This document shows positions 1-10,178 of a DNA stretch of 64,000 nucleotides, piece by piece; positions within the stretch are counted from its first letter, which is position 1; each line of letters starts with the position of its first letter. This stretch comes from an uncultured Chloroflexia bacterium. GTDB lineage: Bacteria; Chloroflexota; Dehalococcoidia; UBA2979. The position numbers and the translations under genes are program-made. The notes below the pieces were generated by a model. It saw only the letters and a program-made list of their open reading frames with translations. It made no database searches and was not told the DNA's origin. The stretch spans positions 96,001-160,000 of the forward strand of contig CAVSIV010000006.1 of the NCBI GenBank assembly GCA_963728205.1, written 5' to 3'.

Positions 1-174
1 GCCGCCGCCGCACGCGGACCAGGCGACGGCGGGTGGGGCGGACGTGGTCTGGGCGAAGGCGGGCGGGGTACCGGGCGCGCCCCCGCCGAGCAGGAGGACG
101 ACGCACACCGCAAGAGCGACGACGGCCATGCGGCGCGCGACGCGCCCGGGGTGCGGGAGCCCGGCTCGAGGCAT
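1..174 (-). CDS. N-terminal fragment of a secreted protein, possibly a TAP-like alpha/beta hydrolase (runs off the window)
   Basis: Manual translation MPRAGLPHPGRVARRMAVVALAVCVVLLLGGGAPGTPPAFAQTTSAPPAVAWSACGGG: signal peptide ending AFA-Q, then a WxxC motif typical of TAP-like hydrolase N-termini. Confidence 0.5.
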   Translation of the reverse strand, partial: MPRAGLPHPGRVARRMAVVALAVCVVLLLGGGAPGTPPAFAQTTSAPPAVAWSACGGG

Positions 175-265
175 GCGCACAAGCATGCATGGCGCGCGGA
201 TTAGCGGGCAGTCCGGAGGGCGCTGGAGGTCGAGCGGCATGCGCTCGAGGATGGTCGCCTTCGCA

Positions 266-286
266 AGCGGCGGCAGACACGCCGCC
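266..286. repeat. REP-like arm (degenerate partner follows)
   Basis: AGCGGCGGCAGACACGCCGCC, one mismatch to the family consensus AGCGGCGGCAGACATGCCGCC. Confidence 0.7.
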
Positions 287-337
287 GAACTCGGCGGCGG
301 CGGCCGCCGCCGGCAGGGGGCCGGCGGACGCCGCCGT

Positions 338-1957
338 CTACGCCGGGGTCTCGACCTCGAGCTCGCCCTCGGCGTACTGCGCGCGCAGCACCTTCTTGTC
401 GAACTTGCCGACCGACGTCTTCGGCACGGAGTCGATGAACGTCCACCGCTCCGGCAGCCACCACTTCGCGACCTGCGCGGCGAGCGCGTCGCGCAGCTCG
501 GCGGCGGTCACCTCCGCGCCGGGCGCGCGGACGATGCACGCCATCGGCCGCTCGTCCCAGCGCTCGTCGGGCACGCCGATCACCGCGGCCTCGAGCACGC
601 CGGGGTGCGCCATGATCGCGTTCTCCAGGTCGATCGAGCTGATCCACTCGCCGCCGCTCTTGATCACGTCCTTCGCGCGGTCGGTGATCTGGATGAAGCC
701 GTTGGACTGCACCGTGCCGACGTCGCCCGTGCGCAGCCAGCCGTCGTGGAACTTGTCGGGCGCGGCGTCCAGGTAGTACGCGCCGGTGATCCACGGCCCG
801 CGCACCTCGATCTCGCCCTGGGCCACGCCGTCCCACGGCTGCTCCGTGCCGTCGTCGGCGCAGATGCGGAGGTCGACGCCGGGCAGCACCCGGCCCGTGC
901 GCGCGCGCCACTCGCCCTCGAGCTCGCGCGGGGCGTGCTTCGGCACGCGCGCGATCGCGCCGAGCGGGCTCGTCTCGGTCATGCCCCACGCCTGCACGAC
1001 CTCGACGCCGAAGCGGTCGTTGTAGGCCTCGATCAGGCTACGCGGCACGGCCGACCCGCCGCAGACCACGAGCCGGAGCGACGAGAGATCGGCCTCCGCG
1101 GCGTTGTGCAGGACGTCGTTGAGCACCGTCGGCACCGCGCCGGACACGGTCGGCCGCGTCTCCTGGATGATCCGCGCAAGCGGAGCGGCCTGGAGGAACT
1201 GCTGCGGGAAGACGAAGTCGGAGCCGACCCACCAGCCGGCGTACGGCATGCCCCACGCCATCGCATGAAACATCGGCACGATCACGAGCAGGCGGTCGTA
1301 CTGGTTGATGCCGATCGCCTCGCTGCTGGTGATCGCCATCGAGTGGAGCCACGTCGAACGGTGGCCGTAGAGCACGCCCTTCGGGTTGCCGGTGGTGCCG
1401 CTCGTGTAGCACATGGCCGCGCCGGACAGCTCGTCGAGGTCGGGGTAGGCGAAGCCGGGTTGCTCCGCGGCGAGCAGCGTCTCGTAGTCGAGCGTCGCGC
1501 CCAGCGCGGAGGTGTCGGCGCCGGAGGCGTCCTGCCGCACGATGATGTGCTGCACCGTCTTCAACTCGTCGCGCACGCGCGCGAGCAGCGGCGCGAGCGA
1601 CTGGTCGCAGACAATGACGCGATCCTCGGCGTGATTGATCACGTACGAGAGCTGCTCGGGGAAGAGGCGGATGTTGAGCGTGTGCAGCACGGCGCCCATC
1701 GAGGGGATGGCGAGGTACGCCTCGAGGTGGTGCTGGTTGTTCCAGCAGAAGGTGCCGACGCGGTCGCCCTCGCGCACGCCGAGCCTGGTGAGGGCCGCTG
1801 CGAGCTGATCGGCGCGGTCGCCGACCTCCGCAAAGGTGGCTTCCTGGAAGCCCTCGCCGGTAAACGTGAGCACCTTGCTGCCCGCGTGCACCCGCCTGCC
1901 GTGCAGGAAGACCTGCTGCAGCGTGAGCGGGTAGTTCTGCATGGTTGAGACGGGCAT
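338..1957 (-). CDS. Fatty-acid--CoA ligase (AlkK/FadD14-like)
   Basis: YTSGTTGNPKG AMP-binding motif, WGMTET, GWLRTGD, KDVIKSGGEWISS; GAAGGAGG RBS before the ATG at 1957. Confidence 0.93.
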   Translation of the reverse strand: MPVSTMQNYPLTLQQVFLHGRRVHAGSKVLTFTGEGFQEATFAEVGDRADQLAAALTRLGVREGDRVGTFCWNNQHHLEAYLAIPSMGAVLHTLNIRLFPEQLSYVINHAEDRVIVCDQSLAPLLARVRDELKTVQHIIVRQDASGADTSALGATLDYETLLAAEQPGFAYPDLDELSGAAMCYTSGTTGNPKGVLYGHRSTWLHSMAITSSEAIGINQYDRLLVIVPMFHAMAWGMPYAGWWVGSDFVFPQQFLQAAPLARIIQETRPTVSGAVPTVLNDVLHNAAEADLSSLRLVVCGGSAVPRSLIEAYNDRFGVEVVQAWGMTETSPLGAIARVPKHAPRELEGEWRARTGRVLPGVDLRICADDGTEQPWDGVAQGEIEVRGPWITGAYYLDAAPDKFHDGWLRTGDVGTVQSNGFIQITDRAKDVIKSGGEWISSIDLENAIMAHPGVLEAAVIGVPDERWDERPMACIVRAPGAEVTAAELRDALAAQVAKWWLPERWTFIDSVPKTSVGKFDKKVLRAQYAEGELEVETPA

Positions 1958-2409
1958 GGCGGCCTCCTTCGGCTCGGGACGCCGCGATGATACGAGTTTC
2001 GCGGCGCTCGAGATCCTCCTCCGCCCGCGTCGGCCGGGACCGACGCGACCGTGCTCGGCGCGCGGTCGGGCGGAGCGTGAGCGCAATGTCCGGACCGGTA
2101 CCGAGCGGCTATCGTGGTCGCCGTTCACGAGCCGGCGTCCGTGACCGGCGGCGACACAGCGTTCGTGCCAGGGTCCCGCGGGCGCAGGCGGCGCAGGTGG
2201 CGCGGCGGGGCGGGGTGGCGGCCGAACCGCGGCGGCCGGCGGTCTTCGTCAGCCGGCCGCTGCCGCCGGACGAGCTCGTGGCATGGCACGCGTCGCCCCG
2301 CCGACCCGCCGCAAGCATCGCCCCAACCCCGCTCAGCGCCTACGCTTCGTCCCGCGGGCCTGCCCGCGCCGCCGCCGCCCCACGGATGGTCGAACCCGGG
2401 AGACCGCCC

Positions 2410-3480
2410 GTGATCACGAGCTGGATTGGTGGTCAGCTCGGCGCGCTGATCGCCGACCACCTCCTCATTGCCGTCGCGCTCATCCTCTTCATCGAGGAGC
2501 TCGGCATCCCGATGCCGGTCCCGGGCGACCTGATCATGCTGGCCGCCGGCGTCGAGGTCTCGCGCGGCAACCAGACGCTGTGGGCCGTCCTCCTCGTCGA
2601 GGAGGCCGCGACCGTGGCCGGGTCGACGGTGCTGTTCTTCGTCAGCCGGCACGTCGGGCACCCGCTCGTCGAGCGCTTCGGCCGTTACATCGGGTTCGGG
2701 CCCGACCGGCTCGACCAGGTCGCCGAACGCGTGAACCGGCACGCCGGCCGGGCCATCATCGCGGGGCGCCTGATCCCGGGGCTGCGCATCGTCAGCGTGA
2801 TCGCGGCCGGCGTCGTCGAGGTCCCGGGCCGAGTGTTCGTGCCGTCGCTCGCGCTGGGCGCCGGGCTGTACCTCGCGGGCTACACGCTCGTCGGGTACTT
2901 CGCGGGGCCGCCCGTGCTGTCGTTCTTCGCCGGCGTCGCGATCCCGGTGTCGGGCATCCTCTCGCTGATCGGGCTCGGGGTGCTGTTCGTCCTGATGCGC
3001 ATGTTCCGACGCGCCGAGCACATCGGCCCGTTCGCGCAGGAGACGGCGGGGCGCACGGTGGTCGGCGGCGTGCTGGCCGCGGCAACGGGCGTGCTGGCGT
3101 CGAGCCTGGTGATCGCGATCGTCGGCTTCGTCGGACGGCTGACCGGCGGCACCGCGGCGCCGTCGCCGGAGCACACGAGCGGCGAGCTCGAGCTGCTCTT
3201 CGGCTGGCCGCTGTTCTTCGCCGTGGCGATGGTGATCGTGGCGATCTTCACGTGGGCGCGGCTCGACCGGCTGCCGCTCGTGGGCCGGCTGATCGTGACG
3301 GCGGCGCTGCCGTTGGCCGCGACGCTGCTGCTGCTCGACCCGCTCACCGACATCTCGCGCGTCGGCCTGCCGGCGACGGACGCGGTCGCGCTCTCCGCGG
3401 TGACGGCGCTGCGGTGGGCCGCGTTCGCGCTGGTGTTCGAGTGGCTCCCGCTCCGCGAGGCGCGCGTGCCCGTGAAGTAG
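2410..3480 (+). CDS. DedA family membrane protein with a C-terminal multi-TM extension
   Basis: EELGIPMPVPGD and GRLIPGLR DedA motifs; start (GTG 2410 or ATG 2386) uncertain. Confidence 0.85.
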   Translation: MITSWIGGQLGALIADHLLIAVALILFIEELGIPMPVPGDLIMLAAGVEVSRGNQTLWAVLLVEEAATVAGSTVLFFVSRHVGHPLVERFGRYIGFGPDRLDQVAERVNRHAGRAIIAGRLIPGLRIVSVIAAGVVEVPGRVFVPSLALGAGLYLAGYTLVGYFAGPPVLSFFAGVAIPVSGILSLIGLGVLFVLMRMFRRAEHIGPFAQETAGRTVVGGVLAAATGVLASSLVIAIVGFVGRLTGGTAAPSPEHTSGELELLFGWPLFFAVAMVIVAIFTWARLDRLPLVGRLIVTAALPLAATLLLLDPLTDISRVGLPATDAVALSAVTALRWAAFALVFEWLPLREARVPVK

Positions 3481-3589
3481 CGGGGCGCCCCCCGGCGCGG
3501 GGGGACGCCGTGCTACGTTGGATGCGATGCGCGAGCCCGGCGCGGTGCCGGCGCAAGGCGCGTCCATAGCAGACCGAGCGGAAGTGCGG

Positions 3590-3772
3590 ATGGCACGCAA
3601 GCCCAACTACTCGTACGAGCGCTTCGAGCGGGAGCGGCAGAAGACCGCGAAGCGCCAGGCGAAGGCCGAGGCGAAGGCGGCTCGCAAGCGCGAGGGCGAC
3701 GCCGACGGGGAGCCCGACGGCGTCGACGCCGAGCCCCGCGCGACCGCGGAGCAACCCTCCGAGCGCGCGTAG
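3590..3772 (+). CDS. Small basic/charged protein
   Basis: MARKPNYSYERFERERQKTAKRQAK, resembling small KPNYxFE-type Lys/Arg-rich proteins; coding-like codon use. Confidence 0.6.
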   Translation: MARKPNYSYERFERERQKTAKRQAKAEAKAARKREGDADGEPDGVDAEPRATAEQPSERA

Positions 3773-3776
3773 CGGG

Positions 3777-4421
3777 CTACGCCCCGGGCGCGGCCTCCGG
3801 CCGCGCCCACCCGACCAGCCACGCCCCGGTCAGCAGCACGACCGCGAGGAACGCGAGCGGCGCGAGCGCGTCGAGCGCTGACGGGATCGCGCCCACGCCG
3901 AGCCCGGCGCGCAGCAGCGCGGCGACCGCGGCAAGGGCGGCCAGCGCGCGCAGCCCGCGCGGCAGGCGTCGCGACTCCACCGTCACCATGAAGCACCAGA
4001 ACGCGATCGCGAGAAAGAGCAGCGCCTCTGCGAGGTCGCTGCCGCGCGTCCAGCGGTGCACCCACGCCGATCCCTGCCCGGACCTCGCGATCCCCGTGAG
4101 CACGAGCGGCGGCACCAGCGCGAGCCAGGCGGCTGCCGTGAGCATCGCGGCGGCGACGCGGATGCCCGTCCACGTGCGCGACGTCGCGCCGCGCACCGCG
4201 TAGCCGCCCAGCCCGGACGCGTAGGCGAAGAAGACGGCCGCGGCCACGGCGAGCGCCGCGCGCGTGAGCAGCACGGCGGCCCGGTGCGCCGCGTAGAAGT
4301 CGGCGACCTCCGTCGCGGGCCGGCCCCCCGCCGGGAGCACGAGCGCGCCGCCGGCGAGCGCGAGCAGCGCGCACGCGACGCCCAGCAGCCCGAAGCGACG
4401 AGGGTCGGCGCGGCCGGGCAT
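3777..4421 (-). CDS. Integral membrane protein, about 6 TM (DUF4386-like)
   Basis: Alternating hydrophobic segments; EVADFYAAHR loop. Confidence 0.65.
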   Translation of the reverse strand: MPGRADPRRFGLLGVACALLALAGGALVLPAGGRPATEVADFYAAHRAAVLLTRAALAVAAAVFFAYASGLGGYAVRGATSRTWTGIRVAAAMLTAAAWLALVPPLVLTGIARSGQGSAWVHRWTRGSDLAEALLFLAIAFWCFMVTVESRRLPRGLRALAALAAVAALLRAGLGVGAIPSALDALAPLAFLAVVLLTGAWLVGWARPEAAPGA

Positions 4422-4769
4422 CAGTCGGATCCTCTCGCGAGCGACGCGGCCGGGGCGGCGGCGGGCGGCGGCGGGGCGGCGGCGGGGCGGCGGGCGCGAT
4501 CATCGCCGCGCGCGCCCACGAGCGCCACGGCGCTCGCGCACACCAGTGCCAAGACACGCGCCCGCCCGATGCCGCCACCGCCACAGCCGCAGCGCCGCAC
4601 GACCGCGGCCACGCCAGCCGCAGCGCGCGCACGGGACCCGCAGGGGGCGAGCGCGCCTAGACGCCGAGCGCCCGCCGGCGTCGGCCGGTGGGGCGGCTCG
4701 CTGCCGGCCCCACCCGCGACGCGGCGGGCGCGTCCCTATCGCCTCCCGGCCCGTCCGGGCCCCGAGGGA

Positions 4770-5495
4770 TTACGGAGTGACCGTGATGCTCACGCTCCAC
4801 GTCTGCGTCGGCGGCACGGACTCGAACGGCCGCGCGTACTGCATCGACAGCGTCACCGTGCCGGGCCCCTGCGCGACGAAGTCGAAGACCTGGTGCCCGT
4901 CGGCGCCGAGGAGGTCGGACGACGGCACGAAGAACGGGTCGCCCTGCTGCACGAGCACCGACGCGCTCGGCGCCGGGTTCGCCGTCCACGTGTAACCGGT
5001 CGACGGGTTCGCGGTCAGCGCCACGCGGACGCGATCGCCCGTCCCGACGGTGATGGCCGCGCCGTTGTTGGCATCGGTCAGCCGCGCCGAGACCGGCGTC
5101 CCGCCGTTCGCGCAGCGCGCTGCGAAGATGTCACCGGTGCGCAGCCGCGCGGGGAAGTCCTGGTTCACGAAGTCGGGAGCGCCCGGCACGAACATCGACC
5201 AGCGCCCGCCGGCGAACCAGCCGATGCCCTGTGGCTCGCAGTCCTGGTCGCGCAACTGGAGCATCAGCCGGTCGCGGCTCATGTCCTGGTCCATCAGCAA
5301 CAGTCCCCAGCCGCCGCGGCCGGGCATGTTGCCGTGGAAGCCGACGCCGTTGCCCGGGCCGCTCTGACCGGCCTGGCCTGCTCCCTGGGGCCCCTGCGCA
5401 TGCGCGGGGGTGACGAGCGCGGTCAGGACCAGCGCCAGCGCGGTCACGGCGGCGGTCAGTACGAACGAGACGGCAGAGACGTGACGCTGCAGCAT
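4770..5495 (-). CDS. Secreted protein with a C-terminal chagasin/I42 cysteine-protease-inhibitor domain
   Basis: Signal peptide ending AHA-Q; NPSTGYTW and YARPFE motifs matching the I42 NPTTGY/RPW loops. Confidence 0.8.
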   Translation of the reverse strand: MLQRHVSAVSFVLTAAVTALALVLTALVTPAHAQGPQGAGQAGQSGPGNGVGFHGNMPGRGGWGLLLMDQDMSRDRLMLQLRDQDCEPQGIGWFAGGRWSMFVPGAPDFVNQDFPARLRTGDIFAARCANGGTPVSARLTDANNGAAITVGTGDRVRVALTANPSTGYTWTANPAPSASVLVQQGDPFFVPSSDLLGADGHQVFDFVAQGPGTVTLSMQYARPFESVPPTQTWSVSITVTP

Positions 5496-5634
5496 CGGGT
5501 GCCTCACAACAGTCCGGGGGTGCGTTGTGCGTCCAATGGTCGGCGCGCGCGGCCGAGGCCGCAGGGGGCGTACGTCCCGCCGCGTGGGCGCCCTTCGTCC
5601 CGCACCATCCGAGCGCGACCGGTACCATCGGCGC

Positions 5635-6232
5635 ATGCCGTCACCCTCGCACCCGCCCCTGCTGCCCGAGCGGCTCGCGACGGAGCACTTCACCATGGCG
5701 CGGCTCGCGGCGACCGACGCCGCGGCGCTGCTCGTGCACTTCGGCGACCCCGAGGTCACGCGCTATCTCGACATCGACCCGCTGACGGACCTGGCGGACG
5801 CGCTGGGGATCATCGCGTGGACCGGGCGCATCGCTGCGGCCGGCACCGGCGCACGGTGGGCGATCCGGACGCGCGACGGCGCGGCGTGGGTCGGCACCGC
5901 CGGCTTCAACGCGGTCGTCCGCGAGCGGGCGTCGCGCGGCGAGATCGCGTACGACCTGGGGCGCGAGTGGTGGGGCCGCGGCGTGATGCGCGAGGTGATG
6001 CCGGCGCTGCTGCGGGCCGGATTCGTCGACCTCGACCTGAACCGCCTGGAGGCGTTCGTCACGCCCGGCAACGAGCGGTCGAGCCGCCTGCTGGCGCGCC
6101 ACGGCTTCCGGCACGAAGGCCTGCTGCGGCAGTACGGCCGCTGGCGCGCGCGCGACTGGGACCAGGAGATTCTGGGGCCTGCTGCGCGCGGAATGGTCGC
6201 TCCCCGGGCCCGCCGCGGCCGCGCGCGCGTGA
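5635..6232 (+). CDS. RimJ/RimL-type GNAT acetyltransferase (apparent +1 frameshift near 6169)
   Basis: WWGRGVMRE, NERSSRLLARHGF. Removing one T from GAGATTCTGG restores the typical ending IWGLLRAEW and a TGA at 6230-6232. Confidence 0.8.
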
Positions 6233-6312
6233 ACGCGACCGGTCGTACGATGCGAACCGGCGTCGCGCGCGCGACGGCGGACCACCCGGCTCCGGCATGG
6301 GACGAGGCTGCG

Positions 6313-6885
6313 ATGGACGTCTTCGAGGCCCTGGCGACGCGGCGGACCGCCGGCACGTTCGGCCCGGGCTGCCCGCCGCGCGCAACCGTCGAGCGGCTGA
6401 TCGAGGCCGCCACCTGGGCGCCGAACCACCGCATGACGCAGCCCTGGCGCTTCGTGATCCTGGCCGGCGACGAGCGCGCTCGCTTCGGCGAGCGGCTCGC
6501 AGCGTGGCTCGAGAGCGATGCCGCCCCGGCCGACGTCACCCCGCGCTTCATCGAGTCGACGCGCAAGAAGCCGCTGCGCTCGCCAATCGTGATCGCGGTC
6601 GTGCAGCGCGGCACGCCCGACAACCCGGAGATCGACCGGGAGGACTACGCGGCGTGCTGCTGCGCGACGGAGAACCTCCTGCTCGCGGCGCATGCCGAGG
6701 GCCTGGCGGCGCGCTGGAGCACGAGCGAGATGGCGACGATGCCGCCGGCGCTCGAGTATCTCGGCGTCGGCGAGCACGATCGCGTCGTCGCCTACATCTA
6801 CGTGGGCTACCCACCCGAGGGCGGCGCGCCGAAGCGCGCGGAGCGCCCGGCGCCGGTCGTCGACTGGCGCGGCTTCGAGGAGTAG
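6313..6885 (+). CDS. Nitroreductase family protein (YdjA-like)
   Basis: MDVFEALATRRT, APNHRMTQPWRF, ENLLLAAHAEGL; GAGG upstream of the ATG. Confidence 0.88.
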   Translation: MDVFEALATRRTAGTFGPGCPPRATVERLIEAATWAPNHRMTQPWRFVILAGDERARFGERLAAWLESDAAPADVTPRFIESTRKKPLRSPIVIAVVQRGTPDNPEIDREDYAACCCATENLLLAAHAEGLAARWSTSEMATMPPALEYLGVGEHDRVVAYIYVGYPPEGGAPKRAERPAPVVDWRGFEE

Positions 6886-6888
6886 GCG

Positions 6889-7653
6889 GTGGCGACCCCG
6901 CGACCCCTGCCCCGAGTGCTCACGGCGCTGGCCGCCGCGGCCGCGCTCACGCTGCTGCCGACCGCATGCGGCGGAGGCGCGTCCCCGGGCGCCGCGGCGA
7001 GCCCGACCCCCGCCGCCACAGCAACGGCGCCGCTCGCGACGCCGACGCCCACCCCGAGCCCCACGCCCACGGCGACGCCGTCACCGACCCCCACCCCGGA
7101 CGCCACCACGCTCGGCATCGCCGGGCCGCCGCGCGCCGCCACCCCGTTCCCGACGCCGCCGCCCCGCGAGGGCACTCTTCCGCCGAACGACAGCGGCATC
7201 GCGCGCGTGGTCGCGCCCGGGCTGATCAACGACCTCTACATCGAGGTCATCCACGTCGTCGACAACCAGATGCAGTCGCCGGTGGACGGCGAGTACTCGG
7301 TGGGCTGGTACCCCGAGTACGGCATGCCGGGCGCGGCCGATAACGCGGTCTTTGCCGCGCACGAGACCTGGAACCACTTCCAGGGGCCGTTCTACCACCT
7401 GCACCTCGCGCAGCCGGGTGACCCGATCAGCATCGAGATGAGCGACGGCACGACATACCACTACGAGGTGATGAGCGAGCACCGCTACGCGGTGGCGACG
7501 ATCCCGATGGCGGACATCCTCTGGCCGAAGGACCGCCCCGCCGGCGAGCAGTGGATCACGCTCATGACCTGCGGCGGGCGCATCGTCTATGACTCGACCG
7601 GCTTCGGTGAGTACCTGGATCGTGACGTGATCGTCGCGAAACGAGTGAGCTAG
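6889..7653 (+). CDS. Class F sortase, lipoprotein-anchored
   Basis: Lipobox-like PTAC, Pro/Thr linker, VGWY, catalytic His (AAHETW), Cys (LMTCGG) and Arg (DRDVIVA). Confidence 0.85.
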   Translation: MATPRPLPRVLTALAAAAALTLLPTACGGGASPGAAASPTPAATATAPLATPTPTPSPTPTATPSPTPTPDATTLGIAGPPRAATPFPTPPPREGTLPPNDSGIARVVAPGLINDLYIEVIHVVDNQMQSPVDGEYSVGWYPEYGMPGAADNAVFAAHETWNHFQGPFYHLHLAQPGDPISIEMSDGTTYHYEVMSEHRYAVATIPMADILWPKDRPAGEQWITLMTCGGRIVYDSTGFGEYLDRDVIVAKRVS

Positions 7654-7721
7654 ACAGTCCCTCGCCGCGCGGAGAATCCCCTCTCGCTCGGCGTCACGCG
7701 TCACCGACGACCGCGAGAATT

Positions 7722-7750
7722 TTGACACTCCGGGAACACCCCGATAGGGT
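7722..7750 (+). promoter_or_regulatory. Sigma70-type promoter of the proU-like operon
   Basis: TTGACA (7722-7727), 17-nt spacer, TAGGGT (7745-7750). Confidence 0.7.
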
Positions 7751-7998
7751 CGAGAAACAGACCCCCCACCGGCCTTTCCGTGCGCGCACCGCGCCCCGGT
7801 CGGTAACGGGGCGTCGCGATCGGGTGCGCGTCCTCGCGGTACCGGCGATCGCACGAGGCGCGAGAACGCACGGTCCGCCCGTCGCCGAGCTTCCGTATCG
7901 CTCTCGCGTCCGGGCGTCCATGGCGCGCGACCACGCTCCCACGCGCCGCTCGCCCCGGCGCCGAATCGAGACGCAAGGCGGCAGAAGCGAGCGCATCG

Positions 7999-9240
7999 AT
8001 GACGGACATGCACATCCAGGGCGCGACGAAGGTGTTCGGGCACGACCCCGAGCGCGCCCGGCCGCTCGTCGAGCAGGGCCTGTCGAAAGCCGACATCCAG
8101 GAGCAGACCGGGCTCGTCCTCGCCGTGCGCGAGGTCACGTTCGACGTGCGCGAGGGCGAGATCTTCGTCGTCATGGGGCTCTCCGGCTCGGGCAAGTCGA
8201 CGCTCGTGCGCATGCTCAACGGCCTGTTCACGCCGACCTGGGGGAGCGTCCTGATCGGCGATCGCGACATCACCAAGCTCTCGGAAGACGACCTCCGCGC
8301 GTTCCGCGCGCGCGACATCAGCATGGTCTTCCAGCACTTCGCGCTGTTCCCGCACCGCACGGTGCTCGAGAACGCGGGCTTCGGTCCACAGGTGCAGGGG
8401 GCGTCGCGCGAGGAGCGCGAGGAGCGCTCGCGCGAGGCGCTGCGCATGGTCGGCCTCGAGGGCTGGGAGGACAGCTACCCGTCGCAGCTCTCGGGCGGCA
8501 TGCAACAGCGCGTCGGCCTCGCGCGGGCGCTGGCGTCGAACGCGTCGATCATGCTGATGGACGAGGCGTTCAGCGCGCTCGACCCGCTGATCCGGCGCGA
8601 GATGCAGGACCAGCTGCTCGAGCTGCAGGAGTCGCTCGGCCGCACCATCGTCTTCATCACCCACGACCTGAACGAGGCGATGCGCATCGGCGACCGCATC
8701 GCCGTGATGCGCGACGGCGAGGTCGTCCAGATCGGCACGTCGGAGGAGATCCTGACGGCGCCGGCGACGGACTACGTGGCGGCGTTCATCCAGGACGTCG
8801 ACCCGACGCGCGTGCTGACGGCATCGTCGATCATGCGCGAGCCGCAGGCGTTCGTCTCGCCGCGTGTCGGCCCGCACGTCGCCGTCCGGCGCATGGAGGA
8901 GCTGCAGCGCACCGACCTCTACCTGATGACGCCCGACCACCACGTCCACGGCTGGATCACCGACCGCGATCTCGCGGAGGCGGTGAAGCGCGGCGACACG
9001 TCGCTGCAGGGCATCGCGCGCGACGGCTACCCGCGGGCGCGGCCGGACACGTCGATCTCGGAGCTGTTCGCGCTCGCGGTGGAGCACACGCTACCGGTCG
9101 CCGTCATCGACGAATCCGAGCGGCTCGTGGGGGTCGTCCCGCGCGTCGCGCTGCTGGCCGCGCAGGCGCGCTCGGAGCATGCGCCGAACGGCGGGACGCC
9201 GGGCGGCGAGGGCGAAGGAGACGTCGATGCCGCGGATTGA
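7999..9240 (+). CDS. proV: Glycine betaine/proline ABC transporter ATP-binding subunit with CBS domains
   Basis: GLSGSGKS, LSGGMQQRVGLARAL, DEAFSALDPLIR, C-terminal CBS pair. Confidence 0.93.
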   Translation: MTDMHIQGATKVFGHDPERARPLVEQGLSKADIQEQTGLVLAVREVTFDVREGEIFVVMGLSGSGKSTLVRMLNGLFTPTWGSVLIGDRDITKLSEDDLRAFRARDISMVFQHFALFPHRTVLENAGFGPQVQGASREEREERSREALRMVGLEGWEDSYPSQLSGGMQQRVGLARALASNASIMLMDEAFSALDPLIRREMQDQLLELQESLGRTIVFITHDLNEAMRIGDRIAVMRDGEVVQIGTSEEILTAPATDYVAAFIQDVDPTRVLTASSIMREPQAFVSPRVGPHVAVRRMEELQRTDLYLMTPDHHVHGWITDRDLAEAVKRGDTSLQGIARDGYPRARPDTSISELFALAVEHTLPVAVIDESERLVGVVPRVALLAAQARSEHAPNGGTPGGEGEGDVDAAD

Positions 9241-10069
9241 GCTCGGTCAGTGGATCGCCGACTTCGTCGACTTCCTGACGGCGCACGGCGGGCCGTTCTT
9301 CCACGCAGTCAGCTGGCTGCTCGACGGGCCGATTCGCGGTATCGACTGGCTGCTCATGCTGCTGCCGGCCGTGGTGATGGGCATCCTCGCCGCGCTGATC
9401 GCGTGGTACCTGCGCGGGCGCTGGTTCGCGCTGTTCACGCTGCTCGCGTTCTGGCTCATCGACTCGATGGCGGTCTGGCCGGAGGCGATGTCGACGTTGT
9501 CGCTCGTGCTCGTCGCGACGGGGAGCGCCCTGCTGATCGCGATCCCGACCGGCATCCTGGCCGCGCGCAGCGAGCTCGTCGCGACGGTGGTGCGGCCGGT
9601 GCTGGACTTCATGCAGACGCTGCCGGCGTTCGTGTACCTGCTCCCGGCGATCTTCTTCTTCGGGATCGGCATCGTGCCGGGCGTCGTCTCGACGCTGATC
9701 TTCGCGATGCCGCCGGGCGTGCGGCTCACGGAGCTGGGCATCCGCAACGTCGACCCGGAGGTCGTGGAGGCCGCCGAGGCCTTCGGCGCGACGCCGAACC
9801 AGATCCTGTTCGGCGTTCAGCTGCCGCTGGCGCTGCCGACCATCATGGCCGGCGTCAACCAGGTGATCATGCTGTCGCTGTCGATGGTCGTGATCGCCGG
9901 GCTGATCGGCGCGGGCGGCCTCGGCGCCGTGGTCGTGCGCGGCATGAGCCGGCTCGACATCGCGCTCGGCTTCGAGGGCGGCATCGCCATCGTCGTGCTC
10001 GCGATCTTCCTCGATCGCACGACCGAGGTGCTCGGCCGCTTGGCGAACCCCATGCGCACGGCCGAGTGA
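9227..10069 (+). CDS. proW: Glycine betaine/proline ABC transporter permease
   Basis: RPVLDFMQTLPAFVYL, EAAEAFGA (EAA loop), GVNQVIMLSLSMVV. Confidence 0.93.
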   Translation: MPRIELGQWIADFVDFLTAHGGPFFHAVSWLLDGPIRGIDWLLMLLPAVVMGILAALIAWYLRGRWFALFTLLAFWLIDSMAVWPEAMSTLSLVLVATGSALLIAIPTGILAARSELVATVVRPVLDFMQTLPAFVYLLPAIFFFGIGIVPGVVSTLIFAMPPGVRLTELGIRNVDPEVVEAAEAFGATPNQILFGVQLPLALPTIMAGVNQVIMLSLSMVVIAGLIGAGGLGAVVVRGMSRLDIALGFEGGIAIVVLAIFLDRTTEVLGRLANPMRTAE

Positions 10070-10178
10070 CGGCCGCGCCAGCCCAACCACGTGATGCACG
10101 CGACGCATGTCGCAGCCGGGCTACCGAGGGTGCACCGGGCGGCCCGGAGGAGAAGCAACGGAACAGGAAGGACACCGC

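Noticed and set aside
4421-4612. 63-aa ORF coupled to the downstream membrane gene
   Set aside because: The TGATG overlap is suggestive, but the sequence is low-complexity with no RBS or motif; not supportable.
5527-6885. GNAT-nitroreductase fusion protein
   Set aside because: The fusion depends on a 1-nt insertion. The natural GNAT C-terminus and stop lie in the shifted frame, and the nitroreductase has its own RBS and ATG.
7757-7998. c-di-AMP (ydaO) riboswitch
   Set aside because: The conserved GCUGAAUC and CCCGUCAGCUAAC-type motifs are not visible.
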